Source: Thalia democratica | Lineage: Eukaryota | Length of the DNA stretch: 64,000 bases | NCBI GenBank assembly: GCA_965202585.1 | Contig: OZ241829.1 | Location: 50,716,001 to 50,780,000 of the forward strand | Direction of reading: 5' to 3' | Part shown: positions 1-13,465 of the stretch, piece by piece | Layout of the letters: every line of letters begins with the position of its first letter | Position numbering within the stretch: the stretch's first letter is position 1 | Program-made: the position numbers and the translations under genes | Notes under the pieces: model-generated | Databases searched by the model: none | The model's input: only the letters and a program-made list of their open reading frames with translations | What the model was told of the DNA's origin: nothing

Positions 1-830
1 TCTAGAATCTAGATAGTCTTAAATTAGATTGTTTTTTTTTTTACTTTCAAATTTTTATCTGTTTATTAATAATTTCATAAACGTATTCTTAAATGTTAGG
101 ATTAGTTGCTACACAAGAAGTCCTTACTAATTTATCTTGAAAACTTTCACTGCACAATATTTGCTGCTACAATTATTTTAACAGTTAGCAGAAATTGTTT
201 TCTTAATATTTATATTAATCATCTAAATAAAAAAAGATGAATATTGTTTTTAAAAGGTTTAAAATTACTTTTAATGAATTGTTTTTTTTTACTTTTGCAA
301 GTTTAAATTTAGACATTGTTTAATTTCGTTTACTTTTTATCAAAAGTTAGACCTAGGTAACCACTTAAACAACGTGACAATTAATAAAGAAACAAAATAA
401 AGAGTTTATAAATAAAATTACTAACTGAAGCCCACTTCATAACTTAAAAGTGTAACTTTTAATGAGTATTTTATTTAGTTTTGAAATGCTTAAATTTTAA
501 TAAATGAAGTATTTCGTCTTTTTTTAATTTTAGATAAAAAATAAACAGTTTAAGACAGTATAAACGTTTAAAAATGCGAATTAAAATACTATATTGCAGC
601 AACTAAATTGTTTGCAGCAAAGAGTCATAATGTTCTTAAACTTAAAACCTCAAGTATATTCAAAAATCAAAACGTGTGTTTATGACATCGCAAAAAGACA
701 TTTCATTTTAAAGTTAAGGTGTTCTTCATCTAGCGTAAAAAGTACAATAATTAAAAAAAAAACAAATAAAAAGTAATCAAGGTATTCATTAAATAAAGTT
801 TCTATTAATGTTTTTGACAAGACGTTAAAA

Positions 831-925
831 GGTATACAGGAGGTGCGACTCGATAACCGAAAGGTTGTTCGTGCACCAGGTTATAAGACCAAATATCTTA
901 AGCGTCTTTTTTTTCGTTCAATAGA
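831..925 (+). repeat. ~95-bp dispersed hairpin repeat, copy 1
   Basis: GGTGCGACTCGATAACCGAAAGGTT..GTGCACCAGG..CCAAAT..AGCG..TTCAATA recurs at five other places in the window. Confidence 0.75.
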
Positions 926-3686
926 CTATATGAAAAAGAACTTTAAACTAATACTTGTGCTTTACTTAACTAAAATTTTTAGTTAGCTTTTATAGCCATT
1001 ATTATATATAAAAAACTTTAGTTCTTTAAGTTTGTATATAATTTAATTGTTAATGATACTTAGATTTAGACAACATTATGATAAAACTCTATCACTTCGA
1101 GTATAAGTTATTGTTAGTGACACTTGACTTTATATAAAGTTAAACACTACCATAATTGAATTTTAAACATCGTTTGTTAGCAAATTTTATTGCATGCTAT
1201 AATTAATCAAAAACTAAAGTTTACATCTAGCTGGTGTTAAAACAAAAAATTAAGAACTTTCAAATGATTTAAAAGCTTAACTTTTTTTATGTTAAATATA
1301 GTTTTTGTTTAAATAGCTTAACTACTCAATCACTTAACTTCAGATGGATATAATTTTAAGATTTTTTTTTAAACTTGTTAAACATTACACCTGTAATTTA
1401 TCAAAAGGAAAATATGTTTAATGGTTATTAATAAAAATAACAAGTTTAAAATATGTTTCTTGCATACTTTGTGTTTAAAAATCAAAAAATGTTATTAATG
1501 TTTTGGTTATTTTTAAATTTTCAGACAACTTATAGTCTGTTTTAAAAAATTAGTTTACTTCGTACTTATTTAAACCTTAAACAAAAACTAAAGACTTTAT
1601 AAACACATTTTTGCAAACTTAAAAATAAACTTTGTTTGAAGAATTTTATCCTAGTAATTATAAATATATATTACCTTTATCATTTAATAACACAAAATTT
1701 TCATTTAATACAACTATTGTTCAAATTTTTAAACTACTTTTCCGAGAGAAAAATAGTAAATGTATATATGATTTTTTAAAATTAATAAAATACAATACTG
1801 TTTCGCTTTGAACTTGTATTAATTATATAAATTAATTATTATGTATTTTTACACTGTACAACCTTACAACTATGTTTAGTGTACTTAAGTAGGATCTATA
1901 AGCTTTAGTAAAAAAAATTATGGAGGATTTTAAAACAAATATACTAATTTAAAACTAGATAGAAACTATTGTCTTTTTGTAAGACTTTAAGAAAATAATA
2001 AAAAAATGAGGATCTAAAGTTTTTCGATTTCGAAAAAGCATTAAAACTTATCCAACTATTTCAGTTAAGAATTATATAGTCATATAGTCCTACTTATAAA
2101 TTTAAAACAGATGAAACCATTCCTTAAACAGAAACCGCTCAGTTCCAACCCGCCATCATTTCTCACCCGATTGATCAAGGGTAATGGGTAACATTAAAAA
2201 ATAAATAAAAACTAGAAAAAAAGAATAATAGAAAAATAAATAAACTAAGAAATTAAAATTATTTTTGGATGGAATTGTGCGCTGGTGGGAAATGATCTTG
2301 GGTGGTAATTGTTAGTATACCCCTTTAAAATTTGTTTAAGTGTTTTTATAAAAATAATCTTAAAAACTTAGTAAAAGAAACAAATAGAAAAGTTACTAAG
2401 AGCAAAAACATACTAATGGTATTTAGTTCTTTGTTGATTCTTGTATTACTAGAAAATAGATCAGCAAATGTATACAAACTGTAAATTTTCAATGCAATGC
2501 TTATTAAAAAAAAAGTAGCATTACAAGCCACATATTTTCGACGTCTGATCTAAAATACTTAACTTATTAGTAAAAATATTAGTACTACGATAGCTTGATA
2601 AAAAGTCTAAAACGTTAATATTTTTAAACAAACTAAGCAAAATACTTTAAGCAGATAAAGAGCAAAACTAATATACTTTTTGTGTTAGATATAAAATAGT
2701 CTAATGCTGTTTTGTTACTTATTTAATTAAAAACAAACTTAACATTGAACAAAATGTTTTAAATTAGAAAATATACTATAACAACACTAAAATTTGCAAA
2801 ACGTTAAAAAGTTTTGATACTTTTACCCTGCATAGTTATAATAATATAAATTTTTTTTTATTTGCAGTAATTAACCTACACTAAAAATTTTTAGTATTTA
2901 AAACAATTGTTGCAATAATACATATTTTAAAATAATTTAAATATGATGATTTAAATGAAACAAACAATGCTACACTGAGTTTATATTTTCACATTTAAAA
3001 AGGTAAGGTTGTGTATACTTTCAAATAAAAGTAACTTTTTTGTCAAAGTATAAAACAATTATTATAAAGATTTTTGTGACGGATAAAAAATATAAAAAAT
3101 CCACAGCTTTCTTGATGTTAATTAAACTACAAAATCCTAAAACAAAGCTAATCTTTCTAACATCGCACATCTCAAAAAACTTGATTAGAATTATAAATTA
3201 AATTGCCATGTTATATTTGTTACTGAAAATTTAAATAACTGTTATTATAGAAAGCATGTTAAAAAGCCCAAATATATTAAAAAAAACATATTATTAGAAA
3301 AAAAGTTTTCAAAGCAAAGAGTAAGAATGATTAAAAACTAAAACATTTACTTAAAAGTAACAAATTAATTGTTGTGTACAAAAAGAAAAAAATAAAAGCA
3401 AAACTAAGATTGGTAATATTTTTTTATTTCAAAGGTATATTTGTCTATAATTTTTTTTTTCAGAAACTATACGTTAAACTAGATTATACAACATAAAGCA
3501 TTTACAAAATTAATAACACAATTAGAAATATCACCAGGCCATTTTGTTAATTAAATTAAAACAACATTCATTAAGATAGGCACAAAAATCTATTTTAATA
3601 TTTCATTTAACGTTTATCACGTTTAAACCTTTATGCTTAATTAGTATTTTGACAAGTGTTTACAGTTTGTAATGTGGAAGTATTTT

Positions 3687-3884
3687 TTATTTTAAATGTT
3701 TAATAGAGACCGAACTCGTAGGTTTGTGAGAGCTTACATGACAACTTTTTCTAATCATTTCTTTGTTGATAGGAAGAAAAACTGTAAGTCTTTGTTGAAT
3801 ATTAACCCGACAAAAAGGACAGCTTTCAATTTGTTCTGAGCATGATTTACAACAAAGTTGGTGACCGCATGGAACAAATACAAC
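3687..3884 (-). CDS. MYLIP: MYLIP exon 8, RING and stop
   Basis: VVFVPCGHQLCCKSCSEQIESCPFCRVNIQQRLTVFLP..KHLK then TAA. Confidence 0.92.
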   Translation of the reverse strand, partial: VVFVPCGHQLCCKSCSEQIESCPFCRVNIQQRLTVFLPINKEMIRKSCHVSSHKPTSSVSIKHLK

Positions 3885-6800
3885 CTGTTAATTTTACAAA
3901 CATATATTTGTGTATCATAAACGCAATACAGAGTTTTTAAAAAGATACATATAGCCTTATATACTTATGCAATACGTAAAAGTTATAGTAATAATGTATA
4001 CATAAAAAGATGCTCTTTATTTGTATTCTTTAACAAAAAATTCAATTAAATTTGGTCATAGGATAACAAATATTTGCATACTAGAATTAAAACGTTTACT
4101 TCTTTATATGACAACTTGTACAAATAATAACAAAAATATAATCGTAGCTTCTTAAAAGTTTTCTAACTTAAATATATATTAGGAGACATTATATCTAGTT
4201 ATTATTTAATTTTAAATTTTCCAAGTAAATTTTTGATATTTTTAAGTGTTTAAGTTATGACTAGTACTTACTGATCAAAACACTTATTGATCAAAAAGTT
4301 TTATTATTTCAAAAACATGTGATTTATTTTCAAGTCACCTATACCCGAAAAGTACAACTCAATAACTATAAACTGTAATACTTATATTCAAATATTAAAA
4401 AATAATGAGAAGAACGAAGAAATTTAACTACTAACCTCTATCTCTTTGTCACAGCAGATATTACAAGTTAATGCCTCATTAATAGAGTCCACTAAGAAAC
4501 TTGTATCTTGACTAGACAGTATTTCAGATTCATTATTTACATTTTTTTCTACTTGTTTCATAGGCTTTCTTTTCTTTAACTTCTGCTGCTTTTTGTACAA
4601 AATTCTCCTCGCGTTATCATGTACCTCTCTTGCTGTACGTTGGATGTCAAACATATACTGTTTATCTATAAAAATTAACATTGGTCTTGAAATTTTAAAG
4701 TAGTACCAGCTTTTATTAAGGTTGACTCAATAATCTTATTTTTTAAAGAGCAAATTTTTTAATGATGATTGTTTTACAGTAATATAACTAAATTTTCTAC
4801 AAAGATTTAGTTAGAAAACTGACTCTATGGTAAAAGTATTACCTAAGGACTTAAACAAGAAAATAAAAAAATACATGAATATAAATTTTTAAAAGTATAA
4901 ATCCTTTAAATCTTCTTGAAACTGTATATGCGTAGTGTTTTGTTAACAATGTTTTTTAAGTTTAAATATCAATTGTTATACACAATTCTGTAGAGTTCAA
5001 AAATATTGTTAATGAACAACTTTGTAAACATTGAAACTTTAATTTAATTACATCACATTACAGTTCAAAACTAAATTAAAATATAACTTGTTGTTTTATA
5101 TTGTAATATCATTCATTTTATATCTTCAAAAAAGAGTTTAAGAAAAAGAAAACAACTATGGCTTTAAATCAAACATACAAACAAACCTGCATCAGGAATA
5201 TTTTTGGGTCGAAACAAAGCAATGAAGTGTCCTTTGAAGTCGAGTGAATGCTGATACCTTACATTGGGGTGAACTGTATCCCATGTGTAAAATGCCAGCA
5301 TCTCTGTAATTATCCTGTAAAAATTAAATTACTTACTAATAATTTGAAAACATCAAAAGAAATAACTCATACATAACTAAATATACATAAGGTCATAGCA
5401 GGGACAAAGATATTTTTAATAAGTTAATATAGTCTTTATTTATTAAGTACAAACTGTTAGAAAACTTTTATAGAAAACTAAAAATTTAACTATTTTGTGA
5501 GACCTAATATTTTTTTCAATTTTTTGATCTTCAAGGAAGCTTTTCACAGCTATTTTTTACACCAAAATTCTATGATTTAACTAGAAGTATATCTTCTCTA
5601 AATTATACTTAAACTTTTCTAACTTTTAGGAAACATTCTTTGCATGATTATAGAAAATAGTTTGGTAGCATTAAAAAAAAAACAGGCTTTGTACGCAAAA
5701 TATTTCAGTTTTAGACTGACATTTTCTTAACTCTTGCTTGGCGGCGCCTAGTTGGGCTTGTAAGCAGATAAAACGACGTAGCCTATTAGTTTTGTTGTAA
5801 TGGCGTAGACTATTAAAAAAGGACTTTTTGATTTTTTTCAACTAAAATTTAACTTTTTACATATAGCCCTTTTAAAATATCATAAAAATTTTAGTTGTTG
5901 GAGCTTGTATTGTCATGTAACTACTACAAAAATATTTTAAAGTTTACTTTCAGATTGCTAGTTCATAAATATTGATTTTTTTAAATAACTTCAACTACAG
6001 CATCTTTTTAAGCTTGAAATAAACTTATTCTTTTAATAAAATAAAAGGATAATACAAAAAAAAAAAGAAGGCTGCTACTAATTTAAAGTCGATTAAATTT
6101 TGTTCCGACAGAAATTTTTTTATTTAGATTTAATTTTCAGAAAAATTCTAGAATTTGTACTGACAAACCCTGGTTATTGCCACTATTTTCTTGATTTTAT
6201 TAAAATAAATGTGCTAAATAACTTTTTTGGGGTAAAAAATTTAAATAAAAAATGTTGACAAATACACTGCATTTTTTATTAAGTATAAATCTTTTTAAAA
6301 CACACTTATCAACTACTGTGATTTATTTAAGAAAATAAAAATTTCTACTAAACAAAAAATGCAATGTATTTGTCAATATTTTGTATTATGATAAATGTTT
6401 AATACATAAACCAATATTTTATTTTAAAAGACATTTACAACTTAATAATCTACTAAAAAAAGAGATTTTAAAACTTTTCACAGAAATTCATGTTTTTAAG
6501 CACTTGAAATTTCAAAAACTGACAATTTGATAATATTGCCAAAATAAAACTTATTAGCCTGATGAGTATAAGTAATTAATTTCAAATATACATCTTTAAG
6601 AGTATAACTAAAGTGATAAAATAAAAATATTCAAACAGTAAAATTTATTTTTACTAAATAACAATAAAGAATAAGATGATTTCAAAAGGATTGTTTAAAA
6701 ACTAATTAAACAGTTTTTCAAACGAATAATTTAAATTATAGAGAAAAAATTTAAATTTATATTGTTTATCGAAGTCTAAATAATCATATATTTTTACAAT

Positions 6801-9800
6801 TTTATCAAATAATAAATAACTGCAGATTTAGCTATCTTTAAAAAAAAATGTTATTGAAAATTTAACTTCAAGCTTTAATAATAGTTTTCAAAGAAAGTTT
6901 ATATTTAGTAGATATATTAAAAAAATGAAAAATAAATCTTTTTGAAATTGAAGCCATAGATAAGGGATATTTTTCTAAAAAAAAGTTCATTAAAAGATAA
7001 AAAATATTGATTTGTTAGTAAGATTTAAATATCAGTATAGCACTATGTAAAATTTTAGACTCTTGATATAATTACAGAAATGAAACAAAACAAACTTGTA
7101 CAAAGCAGCTCCCTGACTATCACTGTTGCTTTTTATCACAACAGATTTAACAGAGCCATCATCTTGGTGGATGTGTAGATCTATTTGCTTAGCTACACTG
7201 TTAGCTAAGTGAATAGTTCTAAATGGTATTCTATAAAAAATATTTATTGTATAGGAAATTTTATTTTACATAATTGTACAACTTATATTTTATTGAAGTA
7301 TATTCAAAACATTGAAATATATTAAAAAGTATTTAAAAACTTTTAATGAGAAAAAAAGTATTTAAATAATCTTATAATTAATTATTTAGTTTAAGTAATA
7401 GAATGATTCTTGTTTAAATCATTGTGGTAGATTCCTTAAGCTTCTATAAATTGATAGGATTCAACTTAAACTAGTTTACAAAATTTAGTTATATGTGTCC
7501 AACTAACTTTTAAAAAGTTACTTGAAAAAAACAATTACAAATATTTAAAATTTACTGAAGTTCATTTTACTTGTGTTAACTAACTTGTTTTAATTAGAAT
7601 ACCAACTAACAACTAATATTAATTTATTTTTAATTCAATTTGAAAAAGGTTCGGTAGTAAAACATAATATTAGCTAACATCTTGCTGTCTTTTGTATTTA
7701 ATTCAACAATTTTAATGCCTTTAGGTCCAATTAATAGGTCAATATCTTCCAAACTGTGCTTGTTGGAAACAAGGCTTGGGGAAGTTCTACCATTCATGTC
7801 ACTATTGTTTGCTTGATACTGAGACAAATCAGCAGTAGAGGCTTGTACATCCAACTTACATGAGTACTTTTCCATTCCGTACATTGTATTAGAACTTATA
7901 ATGTAAAGAAATTGGGAAATAGCTGCTGACTTAGTCATATTGTCTAAACATTGGTGCTCAAAAATGACTCTGTAAAAACATTATTTCAGTTTTATAAGTT
8001 ATAAAAAAATTTTAATGATTAAAAAATTTAAAACTGTTTTCTCTTTTCACAATTTTAAAGCAATTGCTTCAAACATTTCGAGTATAATCATTATAAAATA
8101 ATAAAATATTGTGAAACTTTTTAATATAAGTAAAAAGCAGATGTAAAGATTCTCTTGAAATTAAGTTAAACATATAGTTTCATAATTTGAAAATGTCTTT
8201 AAAAAAAATAACTCTAATCATGTAAGGATAACAATCAGAAGATTTAAAAGACTTAGCTTAAACAATCTAGAAAGAGATAGACCTTTGATGAAATGTAAAA
8301 AACTTTAAAAATAAGAAAAAAATCTTTACTTTGTTTCTATCTAAATTTTTACACAAAACTTACTATATCTATACAAATAGTTTAGTTACGGAGTATAAAT
8401 AACAATTAGTAATTCATAGTATGAACATCATAATTAAACCTTTCATTTGAAAAATAGTTTTTTCTTATAAAATATGCTTGCACCTTGTTATGGCATTAAC
8501 TTTAATTATTATATTAGATATATATTAGTCAGTTTTATAAAGCAGTTTCTGTGAAAAACTTAAATGACAAAAATGTTTGTATTAAACTATTAAGCTTTTG
8601 AAGGAATTAATTCAATCAAAACTATCCAGAGGAGAAAAAACAAATGAAAGTTTACGCAATAATATGCTTATCTTACAAAACCAAAAAAAAAGTGAGGAAT
8701 TTTCATTGAAGCATGCAATCACTTATTAGGTAACAAAAGATCTGAATTGTTTTAGAAAAAATAAAACTTTTACGAGTTATTACAAAATAATAGTCAAGTA
8801 AAAACACAATTTGCATGCTGACATCAAAATTTCTTTAGTAAATATATAAGACAATAATACATTAATATTTTATATAATTTAACAATAATACTTTATTTTT
8901 TAAATAGATAAAGTTGTGTAATATACTACCTTTAAATATTAATGTAAGTGATTTCAAAAACTAACTTTTCAATATCAAAGTTTTGATCTTCTTTTGTAAA
9001 ATTAAAAACAGTTGCATAACAATCAAACAAGTTTTGACTAAAATGTTGTACATAATTTCCTATTTCACATTGTGCAATAGTGGCTAGTGCTTTTGAAAGC
9101 ATATCTGAGGTCAAACTGAATTTGCCATTAAATAATTGCTGCTTCAATTGAGTATAGAACAACTTTCTGTTGTAAATTTAGTTAAAGTTGTTATCAACTT
9201 AATGAAAAATACATCAAACACTTATCTAATAAAAAACTTTAATTATACTATATCATAACAAAGATTTTTGAACTAAATAAGTAATGTGTCAAGTAAATTA
9301 AAAATTTAACTCTGTTCTATAAATAATTGTTAATCTTTATAGATTTATTGTATTTATAAAAGATAAATATTTCTTTTTTAACTTAAAACAAAACTTAAAC
9401 TCGATGGAGCTTTGTATTGTTTTCAAATAATTTAAGGATATTAAAACGTTTAATAACAAGTCAAAATTAACATAAGTATCATAAAACTAGTACATAACAA
9501 GAGGAAAATAATTTGATTGATAACACAAAGTTATAAAACATTATACTATGATCAAATTTAAAATTTTATTCAATTTTGACTATTACTTATTTTACAAAAA
9601 ATACCTGGTTACTTCTTGTAGTAAATAATGTGGTTCAACAAAATATTTAACTCTTAATTTCAATCTTAATGGGGATTGCCATGTAGATAATTGTGAAGTT
9701 ATTCTGTTTCTTAGATTAAGCCATATACTGCCAAATTTGTTTGTAGAATATTGAAGACCAAAATAATCCTTTTCAACTGTGCCTATAGATTCACATACCT

Positions 9801-10703
9801 GTTTTATCATATACAAGTAGTTATAATTAACTTATTCAAACCATTAAAACTTAAATAATATTACATAATATCAAATTTTAGCATAAAACTATAGGTATTA
9901 AAACATTTTTTGATTTTCATCAACATATAAGATTATCATAAAACATCGAAAACAACTAACTCATGCATCTATATAAATATAATTTAGTGTTAAGAAGCAA
10001 CAGTTTATATAACTAATATCTACCAGGGTTGCCAAGTGTTTTTAGCAAATTTTCTCCAGGTTTTCAAAATTTTTTCCAAATTTTCAAAATTACACGATTT
10101 AGGGTCTAATTTTCTAATAAATTATAAACTAATAAACTAAAAATTAAGTTTTATCTAGAAAACTGTGTAAAATAGTAAAAAACATTGAAAAGATATCTTA
10201 ATTAAAGTTTCTTTAAATGTGTTTTATAATAAAATAAATTTTTGATGATAACAAAAAAATAATTCATGTGATAGATTTTTTGTGTCAAATCAAAATTATA
10301 CTGCTTAACACTTATAAGTTGGTTAAAATTCTTAGGTTATTAGGTAATTTTTGTTCAAAACTCCAGTTTTTTTTTCAAAATTTCTCAAATTCCAGGTTTT
10401 TTGGCAACCCTGTATCTACCTAACTTTGAAAATTATTTAATTTAGTATTGTTTATATCAGTGTTTAAAAAAAACTTAGACTTATGATAGTTTTAAAGTTG
10501 TTGCGAATTTCTAAATATCTACTAATTCATAACAAGTAGAAATATATGTTTTAAACGCAAAAGTTAGTAGTATGTAAAAAAACCTTTTCGAGAATATCTT
10601 GGCCAATAGCATTTTTATCAACCTGCACTTCAATTACAACTGAATCTGGATTCGAAATAAAACAAACCAATTGAGTGTTTGACTGCCATGTTGATAGATC
10701 CAT
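3687..10703 (-). CDS. MYLIP: E3 ubiquitin ligase MYLIP/IDOL-like (FERM + C-terminal RING), 8 coding exons, 1497 nt, 498 aa
   Basis: Exons 10584-10703, 9605-9798, 8966-9166, 7679-7969, 7096-7230, 5187-5314, 4436-4665, 3687-3884, all GT-AG with matching phases. Peptides VCFISNPDSVVIEVQV, DYFGLQY..WLNLRNRI..RLKLRVKYFVEPH, FDIQRTAREVHDNARRILY and CNICCDKEI/FVPCGHQLCCKSC..CPFCR match human MYLIP as remembered. In-frame TAA lies 9 nt upstream of the ATG. Confidence 0.95.
4436..4665 (-). CDS. MYLIP: MYLIP exon 7, linker and RING start
   Basis: tttttatag acceptor, gttagt donor; KQYMFDIQRT..EALTCNICCDKEIE. Confidence 0.92.
5187..5314 (-). CDS. MYLIP: MYLIP exon 6
   Basis: IITEMLAFYTWDTVHPNVRYQHSLDFKGHFIALF, homologous to human ITETHAFYRCDTV..DLKGHLASLF. 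Confidence 0.92.
7096..7230 (-). CDS. MYLIP: MYLIP exon 5, FERM F3
   Basis: ttttttatag acceptor, gtttg donor; IPFRTIHLANSVAKQIDLHIHQDDGSVKSVVIKSNSDSQGAALY. Confidence 0.88.
7679..7969 (-). CDS. MYLIP: MYLIP exon 4, FERM F2-F3
   Basis: ttttacag acceptor, gttagc donor, phase 2/2; VIFEHQCL..YGME..LIGPKGIKI. Confidence 0.88.
8966..9166 (-). CDS. MYLIP: MYLIP exon 3, FERM F2 lobe
   Basis: cag acceptor, gttagt donor, phase 2/2; KLFYTQLKQQLFNG..AQCEIGNY. Confidence 0.9.
9605..9798 (-). CDS. MYLIP: MYLIP exon 2, FERM F1 lobe
   Basis: cag acceptor, gtat donor; VCESIGTVEKDYFGLQY..QEVTR. Confidence 0.93.
10024..10412. mobile_element. hAT-type MITE in MYLIP intron 1
   Basis: 12-bp TIRs CAGGGTTGCCAA / TTGGCAACCCTG; flanks share TATCTAC(C), a 7-8 bp TSD. 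Confidence 0.85.
10584..10703 (-). CDS. MYLIP: MYLIP coding exon 1 (MDLSTWQSNTQLVCFISNPDSVVIEVQVDKNAIGQDILEK)
   Basis: ATG at 10703, phase-0 GT donor. Not in the ORF track because it is only 40 codons. Confidence 0.9.
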
Positions 10704-11202
10704 TAGTTGTTGTTAGTGGGTTATAAATAATTATCTTTAAAACTATAACAAAAAACTAAGTAAGTACTATTATATTTGTATTCTTAAACAAAAATATTCA
10801 GTTAAAAAAACATATTTTTCATTGAACTATTATAAGCACGTAATAAAACTTATTTAAAATAATATTTACTGTATTTCTAACACTTTTTTTATAAATAACA
10901 CCTAAAATAAAAAGTATTCTAAACAAGTTTCTTTAGAAGAAATACCATATTCCATCAGGTACTGCATGCAATAATAATACAAACATCCGCATAATGTGAT
11001 TTAGTAGTCATTCAAAGAGACTTATTTTACTTCATAAATTTTAAAGCACGTGACTTAAAACGAGAGTTCTTTTTACGTCACAAAATTTTATCGTTTTAAC
11101 ACAAAGTAACCTACCAATGTACCAAAGTAAACTTAACGAGAGTTTAAAATAAAACATTTTAAAGTTTGCAAACGTGCTTAGTTTTTATTAAAAAGTAAAG
11201 CT

Positions 11203-11240
11203 ACTTACCGGGCACATGTGAACAATATTGCGTGCAAGCT
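11203..11240 (-). other. Candidate non-coding 5' exon end of MYLIP (strong donor CCG|GTAAGT)
   Basis: Consensus donor at 11208-11203 in a locally GC-richer patch ~500 nt upstream of the ATG exon; no transcript evidence. Confidence 0.35.
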
Positions 11241-13370
11241 TAATTATTTTTATTTAACTTTATAACAAGCTCTTTTAATTTTAATTATATATTACAATGT
11301 ATTTTCAATTTTTTTTTGTTATAAACATTATTTCAAAAAAAAAGTTCATTTATCAACTTAGCAACTTATATTTTATTTAATGAATTGCAATAATATTTTA
11401 CATATCTTTTTAAACTAATTAAAGTCCTACTTTCGCTTTTATTAGACTTTATAAAAACTATTTTATAAAAAAATCCTTTTGTACAATGATAAAAATATAC
11501 AACCTTTAAAAAAAATGTTATTAGTATTTACTTAATTTAATACTACTATGACTGCTACTAATTTAAATACTAATTCATTAAAAAGTTTGCTTAGATATAA
11601 AAAAATATTTTCAGGTAAGACTGAACAGTTAGTATTAAAACTTATATTTTACCATTTTAACATAGTAGTTGTAGAACTTTTTTTTAATGTAGAAACTTGT
11701 CAGGTTTTCAAAACTAATTTTTATAAAATAAAAAATTTAAATACTTTTTTATCAATTGCAATTGAATACCAGTTTCACTGACCGTTCCATTTATTTGAAT
11801 ATTGAATGTTAATTGTTTAAATATTGAATGTTGAGTATCATAAAACGAGCTAATTATAATGAGGGTGAAAATACTGAAGTAATTGCATTGAAAACATAAC
11901 AAAAAATATAGACATGTTTTGTTGTTAGTATATAGAGTTGATATTGAGATCTTGCATAAAGTTATAATTAGACCTATTTTAAAAACTGCTTGTTTATCTA
12001 TTGTTGTATGTTTATTATTTAAGCATTAAGAGTTTTTATTTAACAATACTTAATTGTTTTAGAGTTCTCTTAGTATTTTATAGTTCAACTATTTAAAATT
12101 TTAAAGTATTTTTCACTTAAACTTAAACTGTTATCAAGTTTTATTTGTTCGAAGTTATTTATAAAAATAACTTATACTTTTGAAGTAGTATTGTTATAAC
12201 AGTGTTTTTTAGTTTTTTTTATATAATAGATACATCACCCAAATTTTCTGTCTGATTTGTATAAAGTAGATTAAAGTAGCATCAAGTAATAAAACAGTTT
12301 CCCATAAATTTATGAGTGTTGACAAATTAAATAAGCAACAATCTATGTGTGATTACATTATGATTTTTATTATTACTGAATATAGGTTAGGAGAAAGAAA
12401 ACTTATTGAACACGCATTAAAGTTAGCAAACAAGTGAATTGTATAAGTTTTATGTTTTTATATTTTTAGGCTACTGATTTCTTTATACAACTACCTTTCA
12501 AATGTTTATTAAAAATACATGTTATAAAAACAATTTTATTATAATTAGTAATATTACGAAATCTTTTCCGACCAGATCTGGCCTTTTCTGTTAAGATTTA
12601 GACCTAATACAACTACTTTAAAATGGATATAGACAGTTTTAAAGAAAAAACTGAATTACAAAAAAAAATCTTTAAACTTGTAACAAAGCATTTCGTGAAA
12701 AAAAACGTTAAACATAAACAGACTTACAATATAAGATACTTTTACTATCTTTAAAACTTTATAGATGTTCTAGTTAAGTTATTGTTTTATTTAAGTTTAA
12801 AAAATATGATTATAAAGGAAGCTTAAGATTAAGCTTCCCTTAAACTTACTTAAAAACACACAACATCAATCAAAATTAAAAAAAGAACTATCAATTACTT
12901 TTATAAACATCATAAAAAATCATATAGAATTAGTCTTTTCGAAATAAGTTGAAGAAAACTTTATGAACATAAATAAACTACAGAACATTTTATGCATATA
13001 ATCAAAAACGTATTACTGTTCTACGTATAATTAGTTTATTATTTTATAAAGTAAACTTTATTAATTAATTTTTTTTTTTAGTTTCTCATTATACTTTTTT
13101 CAATACAATAAAATATAAAATCTATAAATTCTATTTAGTTTAGCCTATTTCAAATTTTTTATACATAAAAAAATTTAAAACGAGCTGACAAGATTTTATT
13201 TTAACCACAAATAAGAATTTAGGGTTGACAAACTAAATAACTAACTTTAATTAATCAAATTTTGGTCGTAACGTCTTTTTCTATAAAATATTTTGCATAG
13301 ACAATGTTATATTTGTTTAGTTACCTTTTCTTTTTTATAAAAATTTTCTTGAACAATGACGTTAAAACTG

Positions 13371-13465
13371 TATCCAAAGGTTGTGCGACTCGATAACCAA
13401 AACGTTCTTTTGTACACCAGGTCTTTGGGCCAAATATTTTGAGTACTTTTTTTGTGCTTCAATAA
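13371..13465 (+). repeat. ~95-bp dispersed hairpin repeat, copy 2
   Basis: GTGCGACTCGATAACC..GTACACCAGGTCTTTGGGCCAAATATTTTGAG..TTCAATA. Confidence 0.75.

Noticed and set aside
594-2531. Short track ORFs at 594-776 and 2346-2531
   Set aside because: AT-rich, K/F/L/I-biased peptides with no motifs or splice context; expected by chance.
10024-10036. GTTGCC/GGCAAC as RFX X-box half-sites for the ciliary gene CEP83
   Set aside because: They are the TIRs of a hAT MITE, 380 bp apart, inside MYLIP intron 1.
11548-11902. Overlapping ORFs 11548-11781 (+) and 11714-11902 (-)
   Set aside because: Low-complexity intergenic frames with no recognisable homology.
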